Shown piece by piece: positions 1 to 8,437 of a stretch of DNA of 64,000 nt. The notes under the pieces are model-generated. The model ran no database searches. It was not told where the DNA came from and worked only from the letters and a program-made list of their open reading frames with translations. A program made the translations under genes and the position numbers. Source of the stretch: Rhodospirillales bacterium (GTDB lineage Bacteria > Pseudomonadota > Alphaproteobacteria > Kiloniellales > JACOMY01); NCBI GenBank assembly GCA_963669375.1, contig OY770024.1, positions 361,760 through 425,759 of the forward strand, read 5' to 3'. Numbering within the stretch: position 1 is the first letter of the stretch; every line of letters starts with the position of its first letter.

Positions 1-2591
1 TCGGCGCCGCTGCCACCGGAGAAGCTGAAGTCAGCGCCATCGCCGCCGGAGAGGCTGTCGGCGCCGCTGTCACCGAGGAAGCTGGTGTCATTCCCATCGC
101 CGCCGGAGAGGCTGTCGTCGCCACCGCCACCGAAGAAGCTGGTGTCATTCCCATCGCCGCCGGAGAGGCTGTCGGCGCCGCTGCCTCCGAAGAAGCGGGA
201 GTCATCTCCATCGCCGCCGGAGAGGCTGTCGGCGCCGCCGTCACCGAGGAAGCTGGTGTCATTCCCATCGCCGCCGGAGAGGCTGTCGGCGCCGCTGCCT
301 CCGTAGAAGTAGGCGTCATTCCCATCGCCGCCGGAGAGGCTGTCGGCGCCGCTGCCTCCGTAGAAGAGGATGTCAATCCCACTATCGCCGAAGAGGCTGT
401 CGGCGCCGCTGCCTCCGTAGAAGTAGTCGTCATACCCATCGCCGCCGGAGAGGCTGTCGCCGCCGCCGTCACCGTAGAAGCGGGAGTCATCCCCATCGCC
501 GCCGGAGAGGCTGTCGGCGCCGTCGCCACCGAAGAATCTGAGGTCAACTCCACTGCCGCCGGAGAGGCTGTCGGCGCCGCTGTCACCGTAGAAGCGGACG
601 TCAATCCCACTATCGCCGGAGAGGCTGTCGGCGCCGCTGCCTCCGTACAAGTAGCGGTCATTACCATCGCCGCCGGAGAGGCTGTCGTCGCCGCTGCCAC
701 CGGAGAAGAAATAGTCAACTCCATCGCCGCCGAAGAGGCTGTCGGCGCCGCCGTCACCGTAGAAGCGGGAGTCATTCCCATCGCCGCCGGAGAGGCTATC
801 TGCGCCCTCGCCGCCGAAGAAGGAGCGGTCACCTCCACTGCTGCCGGAGAGGCGGTCGTCTCCGCTGCCACCGAAGAAGCTGGCGTCATCCCCATCGCCG
901 CCGGAGAGGCTGTCGGCGCCATCATCGCCTCTGAAGCTGGTGTCATCGCCATCGCCGCCGTAGAGGCTGTCATCTCCGCTGCCACCGTTGAGCAAGAAGT
1001 CATCTCCATCACCGCCGGAGAGGCTGTCGGTGCCGCTGCCACCGGAGAAGCTGGCGTCATTCCCATCGCCACCGGAGAGGCTGTCGTCGCCGTCGCCACC
1101 GTAGAAGCTGCGGTCAATCCCGCCGTCGCCGGAGAGGCTGTCGGCGCCGCTGTCACCGTAGAAGCCAGCGTCATTCCCATTGCCGCTGGAGAGGCTGTCG
1201 GCGCCGCTGCCACCGAACAAGAGGAAGTCACCTCCACTGCCGCCGAAGAGGCTGTCATCGCCGTCGCCACCGTAGAAGCTGAAGTCATTCCCACTGTCGC
1301 CGGAGAGACTGTCGGCCCCCTCGCCGCCAAAGAAGGAGCGATCGATCCCACTATCGCCGGAGATGCCGTCGGCGCCGCTGCCTCCGAAGAAGAAGCCGTC
1401 ATTCCCACCGCCGCCGGAGAGGCTGTCGGCGCCGCTGCCTCCGTGGAAGAAATCGTCATTCCCATCGCCACCGTAGATCCGGTCGTTGCCGTCGTCACCC
1501 GAGAGGGTGCGGTCGAACCCCGCGCCGCCGAAGATCCGATCCAGCCCGCTGTCGCCATAGAGGCTCGCATCAATCCCCAGGCCGCCGTAGAAACGGTCGG
1601 TCCCGCTGCCGCCGAAGAACAGGCTGTCCTCACCATTGCCGCCGAAGAGCCGGTCGCTGCCCCTGCCCCCGTAGAACAGGCCGTCGCTCCCGCTGCCACC
1701 CGATACCGTGTCGTTGTCGTTGCCGCCGAAGAAGTAAGAATCGTCCCCATCGCCGCCGTAGAGCTTGTCGGCCGCCGCGCGACCGGCGAAACGCATATCG
1801 TTACCAGCGTCGCCGTAGATGCGGTCGATGCCGCCGCCACCATAGAAGCTGAGATCGGCCCCAGAGCCGCCGTACATGGTGTCCCGCTTGCCCTGCCCGA
1901 AGACGTAGGAATCGGCCCCGCTGCCGCCGAACATGGAATCGTTGCCCGCACCCCCGTAGAGCGCGTAGTCGTCGCCCTCGCCACCGTCCACCCGGTCCGG
2001 GCTGACGCCGCCGTAGAAGAAGGCATCGATCCCGCTGCCGCCGTAGAGCCGGTCGCTGCCGCGCTCGCCGTCGAGCGTGCGGTCGTCACCATCGCCGCCG
2101 AAGACCAGGTCGTTCGCACGCTCCCCCAGCAAGGAGGTGTCCGCACCGTCTCCGCCGTAGATCCGGTCGGCATTGGCGCCGCCGTCCAGGTGCGTATCGG
2201 CGCCACTGCCGCCCGAGAGCCTATCCAGGCCGGCGCTGCCGTAAAGCAAGCTGTCGGCGCCGCTGCCACCAGAGATGGTGTCGTCCCCCACCCCGCCGAA
2301 GAGCAGGGCGTCGGCGCCATCGCCGCCGCCGATCGAATCCGCCCGCGAGCCGCCGTCGAGGTTGCTGTCGTCGCCCGCGCCCCCGAAGAGGGAATCCCGC
2401 CCGGTGCCCCCTTCCAGCGTGACATCGCCGCCGCTGCCGCCTACCAGCGTGTCGTCGCCTCGCCCCCCGTAGAGGCTGTCGGCCGCGCTCAATCCATAGA
2501 GCGTGTCGTTGTCGCCGTAGCCCAGGATGGTATCGACGGCGGAGCTGCCATAGAGCGTGTCCGGTCCGGGGGTCCCTGGAATGAATGCCAT
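1..2591 (-). CDS. RTX-like Ca2+-binding all-repeat protein, paralogue 1 (3' end runs off the window; about 863 codons visible)
   Basis: An ATG (cat at 2589-2591) lies 8 nt downstream of a GGAGG site, matching the starts of the two listed paralogues. The reverse translation begins MAFIPG. Codons hand-translated at positions 1-59 (..DSLSGGDGADFSFSGGSGAD) are in the same frame as 2591. No complete ORF is listed because no stop occurs before the window edge. Confidence 0.8.
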   Translation of the reverse strand, partial: MAFIPGTPGPDTLYGSSAVDTILGYGDNDTLYGLSAADSLYGGRGDDTLVGGSGGDVTLEGGTGRDSLFGGAGDDSNLDGGSRADSIGGGDGADALLFGGVGDDTISGGSGADSLLYGSAGLDRLSGGSGADTHLDGGANADRIYGGDGADTSLLGERANDLVFGGDGDDRTLDGERGSDRLYGGSGIDAFFYGGVSPDRVDGGEGDDYALYGGAGNDSMFGGSGADSYVFGQGKRDTMYGGSGADLSFYGGGGIDRIYGDAGNDMRFAGRAAADKLYGGDGDDSYFFGGNDNDTVSGGSGSDGLFYGGRGSDRLFGGNGEDSLFFGGSGTDRFYGGLGIDASLYGDSGLDRIFGGAGFDRTLSGDDGNDRIYGGDGNDDFFHGGSGADSLSGGGGNDGFFFGGSGADGISGDSGIDRSFFGGEGADSLSGDSGNDFSFYGGDGDDSLFGGSGGDFLLFGGSGADSLSSGNGNDAGFYGDSGADSLSGDGGIDRSFYGGDGDDSLSGGDGNDASFSGGSGTDSLSGGDGDDFLLNGGSGDDSLYGGDGDDTSFRGDDGADSLSGGDGDDASFFGGSGDDRLSGSSGGDRSFFGGEGADSLSGGDGNDSRFYGDGGADSLFGGDGVDYFFSGGSGDDSLSGGDGNDRYLYGGSGADSLSGDSGIDVRFYGDSGADSLSGGSGVDLRFFGGDGADSLSGGDGDDSRFYGDGGGDSLSGGDGYDDYFYGGSGADSLFGDSGIDILFYGGSGADSLSGGDGNDAYFYGGSGADSLSGGDGNDTSFLGDGGADSLSGGDGDDSRFFGGSGADSLSGGDGNDTSFFGGGGDDSLSGGDGNDTSFLGDSGADSLSGGDGADFSFSGGSGA

Positions 2592-2787
2592 CGCCCGCGC
2601 CTCCCCTGGCGTCGTTTCCCGTTCTTTGGAGGCGATCGAAGGAGTTCAAAGGCCGACAATCGCCCCTCGCGGCGCGGTCCGGTCGCGACCGGCGCTCCAC
2701 AGCCCCCCTTATCGGCAATGACTGTGCGACAGATTGTCTGATCTGTAAACAGACTCCTGCGCCGAGAGCCGCCAGCTTTGCGCGAGC
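2592..2787 (-). promoter_or_regulatory. Conserved 196-nt leader/promoter region upstream of RTX paralogue 1
   Basis: It is near-identical to 8056-8251 and 13528-13723. It contains a GGAGG Shine-Dalgarno site and the 14-nt perfect palindrome ccggtcgcgaccgg (2679-2692). Confidence 0.5.
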
Positions 2788-2910
2788 GGTAGGATCCAAG
2801 GCGTCTGCCATCGAGGACGGACACCGGATAGGCGATCTCGTTCGCCTTGGGTGGGGCACAGCGGACGCACCCGGATCGCCCTCTCAGCCGGGCGCCTCGG
2901 GCTGCTGGCC

Positions 2911-5900
2911 CTACACCATGGTGACCTCGATGGAAACCAAACCGGTGCCGCTGCCCGGGATGGTGACGCCGGCGCCCAGCACCAGGGTGTCGCTCCCGGA
3001 GCCGCCGTCATAGAGGTAGCTGGCGAAGTCCGCCTGGTTGGCGACGACGAAGATGTCGTCGCCGCTGCCACCGAACGCGCTGTCGAAGCCGGCACCGCCG
3101 GTCAGCGTATCGGCACCTTCGTCGCCATAGAGCAGGTCGTCTCCAGCATCACCGGACACGACATCGTCCCCTGAACCACCATAGAGGGCAGCGTCATTCC
3201 CGTCTCCGCCAAAGAGGCTGTCGGCGCCGCTGCCACCGTAGAAGCGGGAGTCGGCGCCACTGCCGCCGAAGAGGCTGTCGGCGCCGCTGCCACCGCGGAA
3301 GCGGGCGTCACCCCCACTGTCGCCGAAGAGGCCGTCGCCGCCGCTGCCACCGGAGAAGAAGGAGTCACTCCCATCGTCGCCGGAGAGGCTGTCGTCACCG
3401 TCGCCACCAAAGAGGTCAAAGTCAGCACCACTGCCGCCGGATAGGTTGTCGGCGCCGCTGCCACCGTAGAGGAGGATGTCCCCTCCACTGCCGCCGGAGA
3501 GGCTGTCGGCGCCACTAGCACCATTGAGAAAGACGTCATTATCACCGCCGCCGAAGAGGCTGTCGTCGCCGATGCCACCAAAGAGCGCGTTATCGCCACC
3601 GTCACCGCCGAAAAGGCTGTCGTCGCCGATGCCACCAGAGAGCCTGTCGTCGCCACCGTCGCCGAAGAGGCCGTCGTCGCCGCCGCCACCGAAGAAGGAG
3701 CGATCGCTTCCATCACCGCCGTAGAGGCGGTCGGCCCCGCTGCCGCCAGAGAAGAAGGAGTCATCTCCGCTGCCGCCGAAGAGGCTGTCGGCGCCACTGC
3801 CACCGTAGAAGCTGGAGTCGTTCCCATCGCCGCCGGAAAGGCTGTCGGCGCCGCCGTTACCAAAGAAGCTGGTGTCACTCCCACTGCCGCCGAAGAGGCT
3901 GTCGCCGCCGCTGCCGCCTAAGAAGCTGGCGTCATTCCCATCGCCACCGGAGAGGCTATCGGCGCCATCGCCACCGAAAAAGTAGGAGTCATCTCCACTG
4001 CCGCCGGAGAGGCTGTCGTTGCCGCTGCCACCGTAGAAGATGTAGTCATTCCCACTGCCGCCGTAGAGGCGGTCGGCACCGCTGCCGCCGGAGAAGAAGG
4101 CGTCAATCCCATCGCCGCCAAAGAGGCTGTCAGCGCCGCTGCCACCGTAGAAGCGGGAGTCATCTCCACCGCCGCCGGAGAGGCTGTCGGCGCCGCTGCC
4201 ACCGAAGAAGACGAAATCACCTCCACTGCCGCCGGAGAGGCTGTCGTCGCCGCTGCCACCGTAGAAGAAGCCGTCATCACCACTGCCGCCGGAGAGGCTA
4301 TCGACGCCGCTGCCACCATTGAAAAAGACGTCATCCCCATCGCCGCCGAAGAGGCTGTCGCCGCCGCTGTCACCGTAAAAGCCCGCATCACCCCCGCTGC
4401 CACCGAAGAGGCTGTCGGCGCCGTCGCCACCGTAGAAGCTCACATCACTCCCACTGCCGCCGGAGACGCTGTCGGCGCCGCTGCCGCCGTAGAAGCGGGA
4501 GTCATCTCCATCGCCACCGGAGAGACTGTCGACGCCGTCGCCACCGAAGAAGGAGCGATCATTCCCGCTGCCGCCGGAGAGGCTGTCGACGCCGCTGTCA
4601 CCGTAGAAGAAATCGTCATCCCCATTGCCGCCAGAGAGGCTGTCGGCGCCGCTGCCTCCGCGGAAGAAGATGTCATTCCCACTGCCGCCGGAAAGCCTGT
4701 CGGCGCCGCTGTCACCCAGGAAGACGGCGTCATCCCCATCGCCGCCGAAGAGGCTGTCGGCGCCGCTGCGACCGTAGAAGCCAAAGTCATTCCCATCGCC
4801 GCCGAAGAGGCTGTCGGCGCCGGTGTCACCGGCAAAAAAGCTGTCATTCCCATCGTCGCCGAAGAGGCCGTCGTTGCCACTGCCACCGATGATGAAGCTG
4901 TCTTTTCCATCGCCGCCGGAGAGGCTGTCGGCGCCGTCGCGACCGAAGAAGCCAGCGTCATCTCCATCGCCGCCGAAGAGGCTGTCGGCGCCGTCGCCAC
5001 CGTAGAAACTCACATCACTCTCACTGCCGCCGGAGACGCTGTCGGCGCCGCTGCCGCCGAAGAAGTAGCCGTCACCTCCACTGCCACCGAAGAGGCTGTC
5101 GGCGCCGCTGCCGCCGTAGAAGCGGGAGTCATCTCCACTGCCGCCGAAGAGGTTGTCGGTGCCGCTGCCACCAATGAACGCGGCGTCTTCTCCATCACCG
5201 CCGAAGAGGCTGTCGGCGCCGGAGCCACCGTAGAAGCTGCGTTCATCTCCACTGCCGCCGAAGAGGCTGTCGTCACCGTCGTCACCGTGGAAGAGAACGT
5301 CACTTCCACTGCCGCCGGAAAGGCTGTCGGCGCCACCGCCACCGTAGAAGCGGACATCATCTCCATTCTCGCCGGAGAGGCTGTCGGCGTCGTTGCCACC
5401 GTAGAAGACCGCATCACTCCCGCTGCCGCCGGAGAGGCTGTCGGCGCCGTCCTCACCGCGGAAGCTGCCGTCATTCCCACCGCCACCGGAGAGACTGTCG
5501 GCGCCATCGCCACCGAAGAAGCCGCCGTCATTCCCCTCGTCGCCGTTGATGCTGTCGGCGCCGCTGCCACCGAAGAGGAAGAAGTCAAGCCCATCGCCGC
5601 CGTAGAGGCGGTCGGCGCCGCTGCCACCGTAGAAGCGGGAGTCGGTCCCATCGCCTCCGAAGAGGCTGTCGGCGCCATCGCCACCGAAGAAGCTGCGGTC
5701 ATCTCCACTGCCGCCGGAGAGGCTGTCGTCGCCGAAATCGCCTGACAAGCTGCGGTCTACCCCATCGGCACCGTAGAGGCTGTCATCGCCGCTGCCACCG
5801 TTGAGAAAGACGTCATCTCCATCACCGCCGGAGAGGCTGTCGCTGCCGCTGCCGCCGAAGAGTCTTGCGTCATTCCCATCGCCACCGGAGAGGCTGTCGT

Positions 5901-8055
5901 CGCCGTCGCCACCGAACAAGCTGCGGTCGTTTCCGCTACCGCCGGAGAGGCTGTCGTCACCGTCGCCACCGTAGAAGCTGGTGTCATTCCCATCGCCGCC
6001 GAAGAGGAGGTCGCCGTCAGCGTCGCCGAAGACCAAGAGGTCATCTCCGTCGCCGCCGGCGAGCGTATCGGCTCCCTCTCCGCCGTAGAAAAAGCTGTCC
6101 GCCCCGCTGCCGCCGTCAAGCGTGTCGTCTCCCAATCCGCCCCGGAACTCGCGATCCCCGCCGCTGCCGGCGGATAGCCTGTCGTCGCCACCCTCGCCTC
6201 TGAAGATGATGTCGTCGCCATCGCCGGCGTCGATGCTGTCGGCCCCCGATCCACCGAAGAAGAAGGAGTCGAGGCCGCTGCCGGCAAAGACCAGATCGTC
6301 CGCCAGTCCGCCATAGAAGTAGCGGTCGTTGCCGCTGCCGGCGGAGACCCGGTCGGCCCCCTCTGCGCCGTAGAAAAAGCTGTCCGACCCGTTGCCGCCA
6401 TAGAGGGTGTCTGCTCCTAAACCGCCGGCCTGCCGGTCGGCGCCATCACCGCCATAGAGAGCGTCGTCGCCGCCGTCACCGGTCAGCGTGTCGCCGCCAC
6501 TATCACCTCTGAGGCGGTAGTCGTCCCCGCCGCCGCCGGCGATGGTGTCGGCCCCCGATCCGCCGTAGAAAAAGCTGTCATTGTCGTTGCCGGCGTCGAT
6601 GCTGTCGGCCCCCGCGCCGCCGAAGAAATCGCGATCCTCGCCGTCGCCGGCGGAGAGGCTGTCGTCGCCATCCTCGCCTCTGAAAAGAGAATCATCCCCG
6701 TCACCGCCGGCGATCCTGTCGGCCCCCGCGCCGCCGAAGAAACGCTCGTCGCCGCCGCTGCCGGCAGAGAGGCTGTCGTCTCCTTCCTCGCCCCTGAAAA
6801 GAGAATCGTCCCCGTCACCGCCGTCGAGGCTGTCGGCGCCGCTGCCACCGTAGAAGAAGGCGTCACCTCCACTGCCGCCGGAGAGGCTGTCGGCCCCTTC
6901 GCCGCCGCGGAGAAAGCTGTCCGCGCCGCTGTCGCCGTAGATCCGGTCGTTGCCCTCGTCACCCGAGAGGGAGCGGTCGGCCCCATCGCCGCCGAAGATC
7001 CGATCCAGCCCGCTGCCGCCCGAGAGGCTCGCATCGATCCCCTGGCCGCCGTAGAAGCGGTCGCTACCGCTGCCACCGAAGAACAGGCTGTCCTCACCAC
7101 TGCCGCCGAAGAGCCGGTCGCTGCCGCTACCCCCATAGAACAGGCCGTCGCTTCCGCTGCCACCCGATACCGTGTCGTTGTCGTTGCCGCCGAAGAAGTA
7201 GAAATCGTCCCCATCGCCGCCGTAGAGCTTGTCGGCCGCCGCGCGACCGGCGAAGCGCATATCGTCACCCGCGTCACCGTAGATGCGGTCGATGCCGCCG
7301 CCACCATAGAAGCTGAGATCGGCACCGCTGCCGCCGTACATGGTGTCCCGCTTGCCTTGGCCGTAGACGTAGGAGTCGTCGCCACTGCCGCCGAACATGG
7401 AATCGTTGCCCGCACCTCCGTAGAGCGCGTAGTCGTCGCCCTCGCCACCGTCCACCCGGTCCGGGCTGACGCCGCCGAAGAAGAAGGCATCGATCCCGCT
7501 GCCACCGTAGAGCCGGTCGCTGCCGCGCTCGCCGTCGAGCGTGCGGTCGTCACCATCGCCGCCGAAGACCAGGTCGTTCGAACGCTCCCCCAGCAAGGAG
7601 GTGTCCGCCCCGTCACCGCCGTAGATCCGGTCCGCATTGGCGCCACCGTCCAGGTGCGTATCGGCGCCACTGCCGCCCGAAAGCCTATCCAGGCCGGCGC
7701 TGCCGTAGAGCTGGCTGTCGTCGCCGCTGCCACCGGAGATGGTGTCGTCCCCCACCCCACCGAAGAGGAGAGCGTCGGCGCCATCGCCGCCGTCGATCGA
7801 ATCAGCCCGCGAGCCGCCGTCGAGGTTGCTGTCGTCGCCCGCGCCCCCGAAGAGGGAATCCCGCCCGGTGCCACCTTCCAGCGCGACATCGCCGCCGCTG
7901 CCGCCTACCAGCGTGTCGTCGCCTCGCCCCCCATAGAGGCTGTCGGCCGCGCTCAATCCATAGAGCGTGTCGTTGTCGCCGTAGCCCAGGATGGTATCGA
8001 CGGCGGAGCTGCCATAGAGCGTGTCCGGTCCCGGGGTCCCTGGAATGAATGCCAT
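2911..8055 (-). CDS. RTX-like Ca2+-binding all-repeat protein, paralogue 2 (1714 aa)
   Basis: The ORF is intact. Almost the whole protein is GGxGxDxLx-type hemolysin-type calcium-binding repeats (GGSGADSLFGGDGDDxxFY...). No other domain is recognisable. A GGAGG Shine-Dalgarno site lies upstream. The C-terminal tail is ..DIFVVANQADFASYLYDGGSGSDTLVLGAGVTIPGSGTGLVSIEVTMV. Confidence 0.9.
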   Translation of the reverse strand: MAFIPGTPGPDTLYGSSAVDTILGYGDNDTLYGLSAADSLYGGRGDDTLVGGSGGDVALEGGTGRDSLFGGAGDDSNLDGGSRADSIDGGDGADALLFGGVGDDTISGGSGDDSQLYGSAGLDRLSGGSGADTHLDGGANADRIYGGDGADTSLLGERSNDLVFGGDGDDRTLDGERGSDRLYGGSGIDAFFFGGVSPDRVDGGEGDDYALYGGAGNDSMFGGSGDDSYVYGQGKRDTMYGGSGADLSFYGGGGIDRIYGDAGDDMRFAGRAAADKLYGGDGDDFYFFGGNDNDTVSGGSGSDGLFYGGSGSDRLFGGSGEDSLFFGGSGSDRFYGGQGIDASLSGGSGLDRIFGGDGADRSLSGDEGNDRIYGDSGADSFLRGGEGADSLSGGSGGDAFFYGGSGADSLDGGDGDDSLFRGEEGDDSLSAGSGGDERFFGGAGADRIAGGDGDDSLFRGEDGDDSLSAGDGEDRDFFGGAGADSIDAGNDNDSFFYGGSGADTIAGGGGDDYRLRGDSGGDTLTGDGGDDALYGGDGADRQAGGLGADTLYGGNGSDSFFYGAEGADRVSAGSGNDRYFYGGLADDLVFAGSGLDSFFFGGSGADSIDAGDGDDIIFRGEGGDDRLSAGSGGDREFRGGLGDDTLDGGSGADSFFYGGEGADTLAGGDGDDLLVFGDADGDLLFGGDGNDTSFYGGDGDDSLSGGSGNDRSLFGGDGDDSLSGGDGNDARLFGGSGSDSLSGGDGDDVFLNGGSGDDSLYGADGVDRSLSGDFGDDSLSGGSGDDRSFFGGDGADSLFGGDGTDSRFYGGSGADRLYGGDGLDFFLFGGSGADSINGDEGNDGGFFGGDGADSLSGGGGNDGSFRGEDGADSLSGGSGSDAVFYGGNDADSLSGENGDDVRFYGGGGADSLSGGSGSDVLFHGDDGDDSLFGGSGDERSFYGGSGADSLFGGDGEDAAFIGGSGTDNLFGGSGDDSRFYGGSGADSLFGGSGGDGYFFGGSGADSVSGGSESDVSFYGGDGADSLFGGDGDDAGFFGRDGADSLSGGDGKDSFIIGGSGNDGLFGDDGNDSFFAGDTGADSLFGGDGNDFGFYGRSGADSLFGGDGDDAVFLGDSGADRLSGGSGNDIFFRGGSGADSLSGGNGDDDFFYGDSGVDSLSGGSGNDRSFFGGDGVDSLSGGDGDDSRFYGGSGADSVSGGSGSDVSFYGGDGADSLFGGSGGDAGFYGDSGGDSLFGGDGDDVFFNGGSGVDSLSGGSGDDGFFYGGSGDDSLSGGSGGDFVFFGGSGADSLSGGGGDDSRFYGGSGADSLFGGDGIDAFFSGGSGADRLYGGSGNDYIFYGGSGNDSLSGGSGDDSYFFGGDGADSLSGGDGNDASFLGGSGGDSLFGGSGSDTSFFGNGGADSLSGGDGNDSSFYGGSGADSLFGGSGDDSFFSGGSGADRLYGGDGSDRSFFGGGGDDGLFGDGGDDRLSGGIGDDSLFGGDGGDNALFGGIGDDSLFGGGDNDVFLNGASGADSLSGGSGGDILLYGGSGADNLSGGSGADFDLFGGDGDDSLSGDDGSDSFFSGGSGGDGLFGDSGGDARFRGGSGADSLFGGSGADSRFYGGSGADSLFGGDGNDAALYGGSGDDVVSGDAGDDLLYGDEGADTLTGGAGFDSAFGGSGDDIFVVANQADFASYLYDGGSGSDTLVLGAGVTIPGSGTGLVSIEVTMV

Positions 8056-8251
8056 CGCCCGCGCCTCCCCTGGCGTCGTTTCCTATTCTTTGGAGGCGAT
8101 CGAAGGAGTTCAAAGGCCGACAATCGCCCCTCGTGGCGCGGTCCGGTCGCGACCGGCGCTCCACAGACTCTCTTATCGGCAATGACTGTGCGACAGATTG
8201 TCAGATCTGTAAACAGACTCCTGCACCGAGAGCCGCCAGCTTTGCGCGAGC
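8056..8251 (-). promoter_or_regulatory. Conserved 196-nt leader/promoter region upstream of RTX paralogue 2
   Basis: This is the same block as 2592-2787 and 13528-13723. The palindrome ccggtcgcgaccgg is at 8143-8156 and cagatctg is at 8202-8209. Confidence 0.5.
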
Positions 8252-8437
8252 GCTAGGATCCAAGGCATTCGATGACGGGTCAACCGACATGCCCCCTTGG
8301 CGCCTTGCCGCAGGTCGGGCATGACCCGAAACCGACGGCAAGGGCGGACACCGGATAGGCGATCTCGCTCGCCTTGGGTGGGGCACAGCGGACGCACTCG
8401 TAGCGTTCTCTCAGCCGCGCGTCTCGGGCTACCGGCT

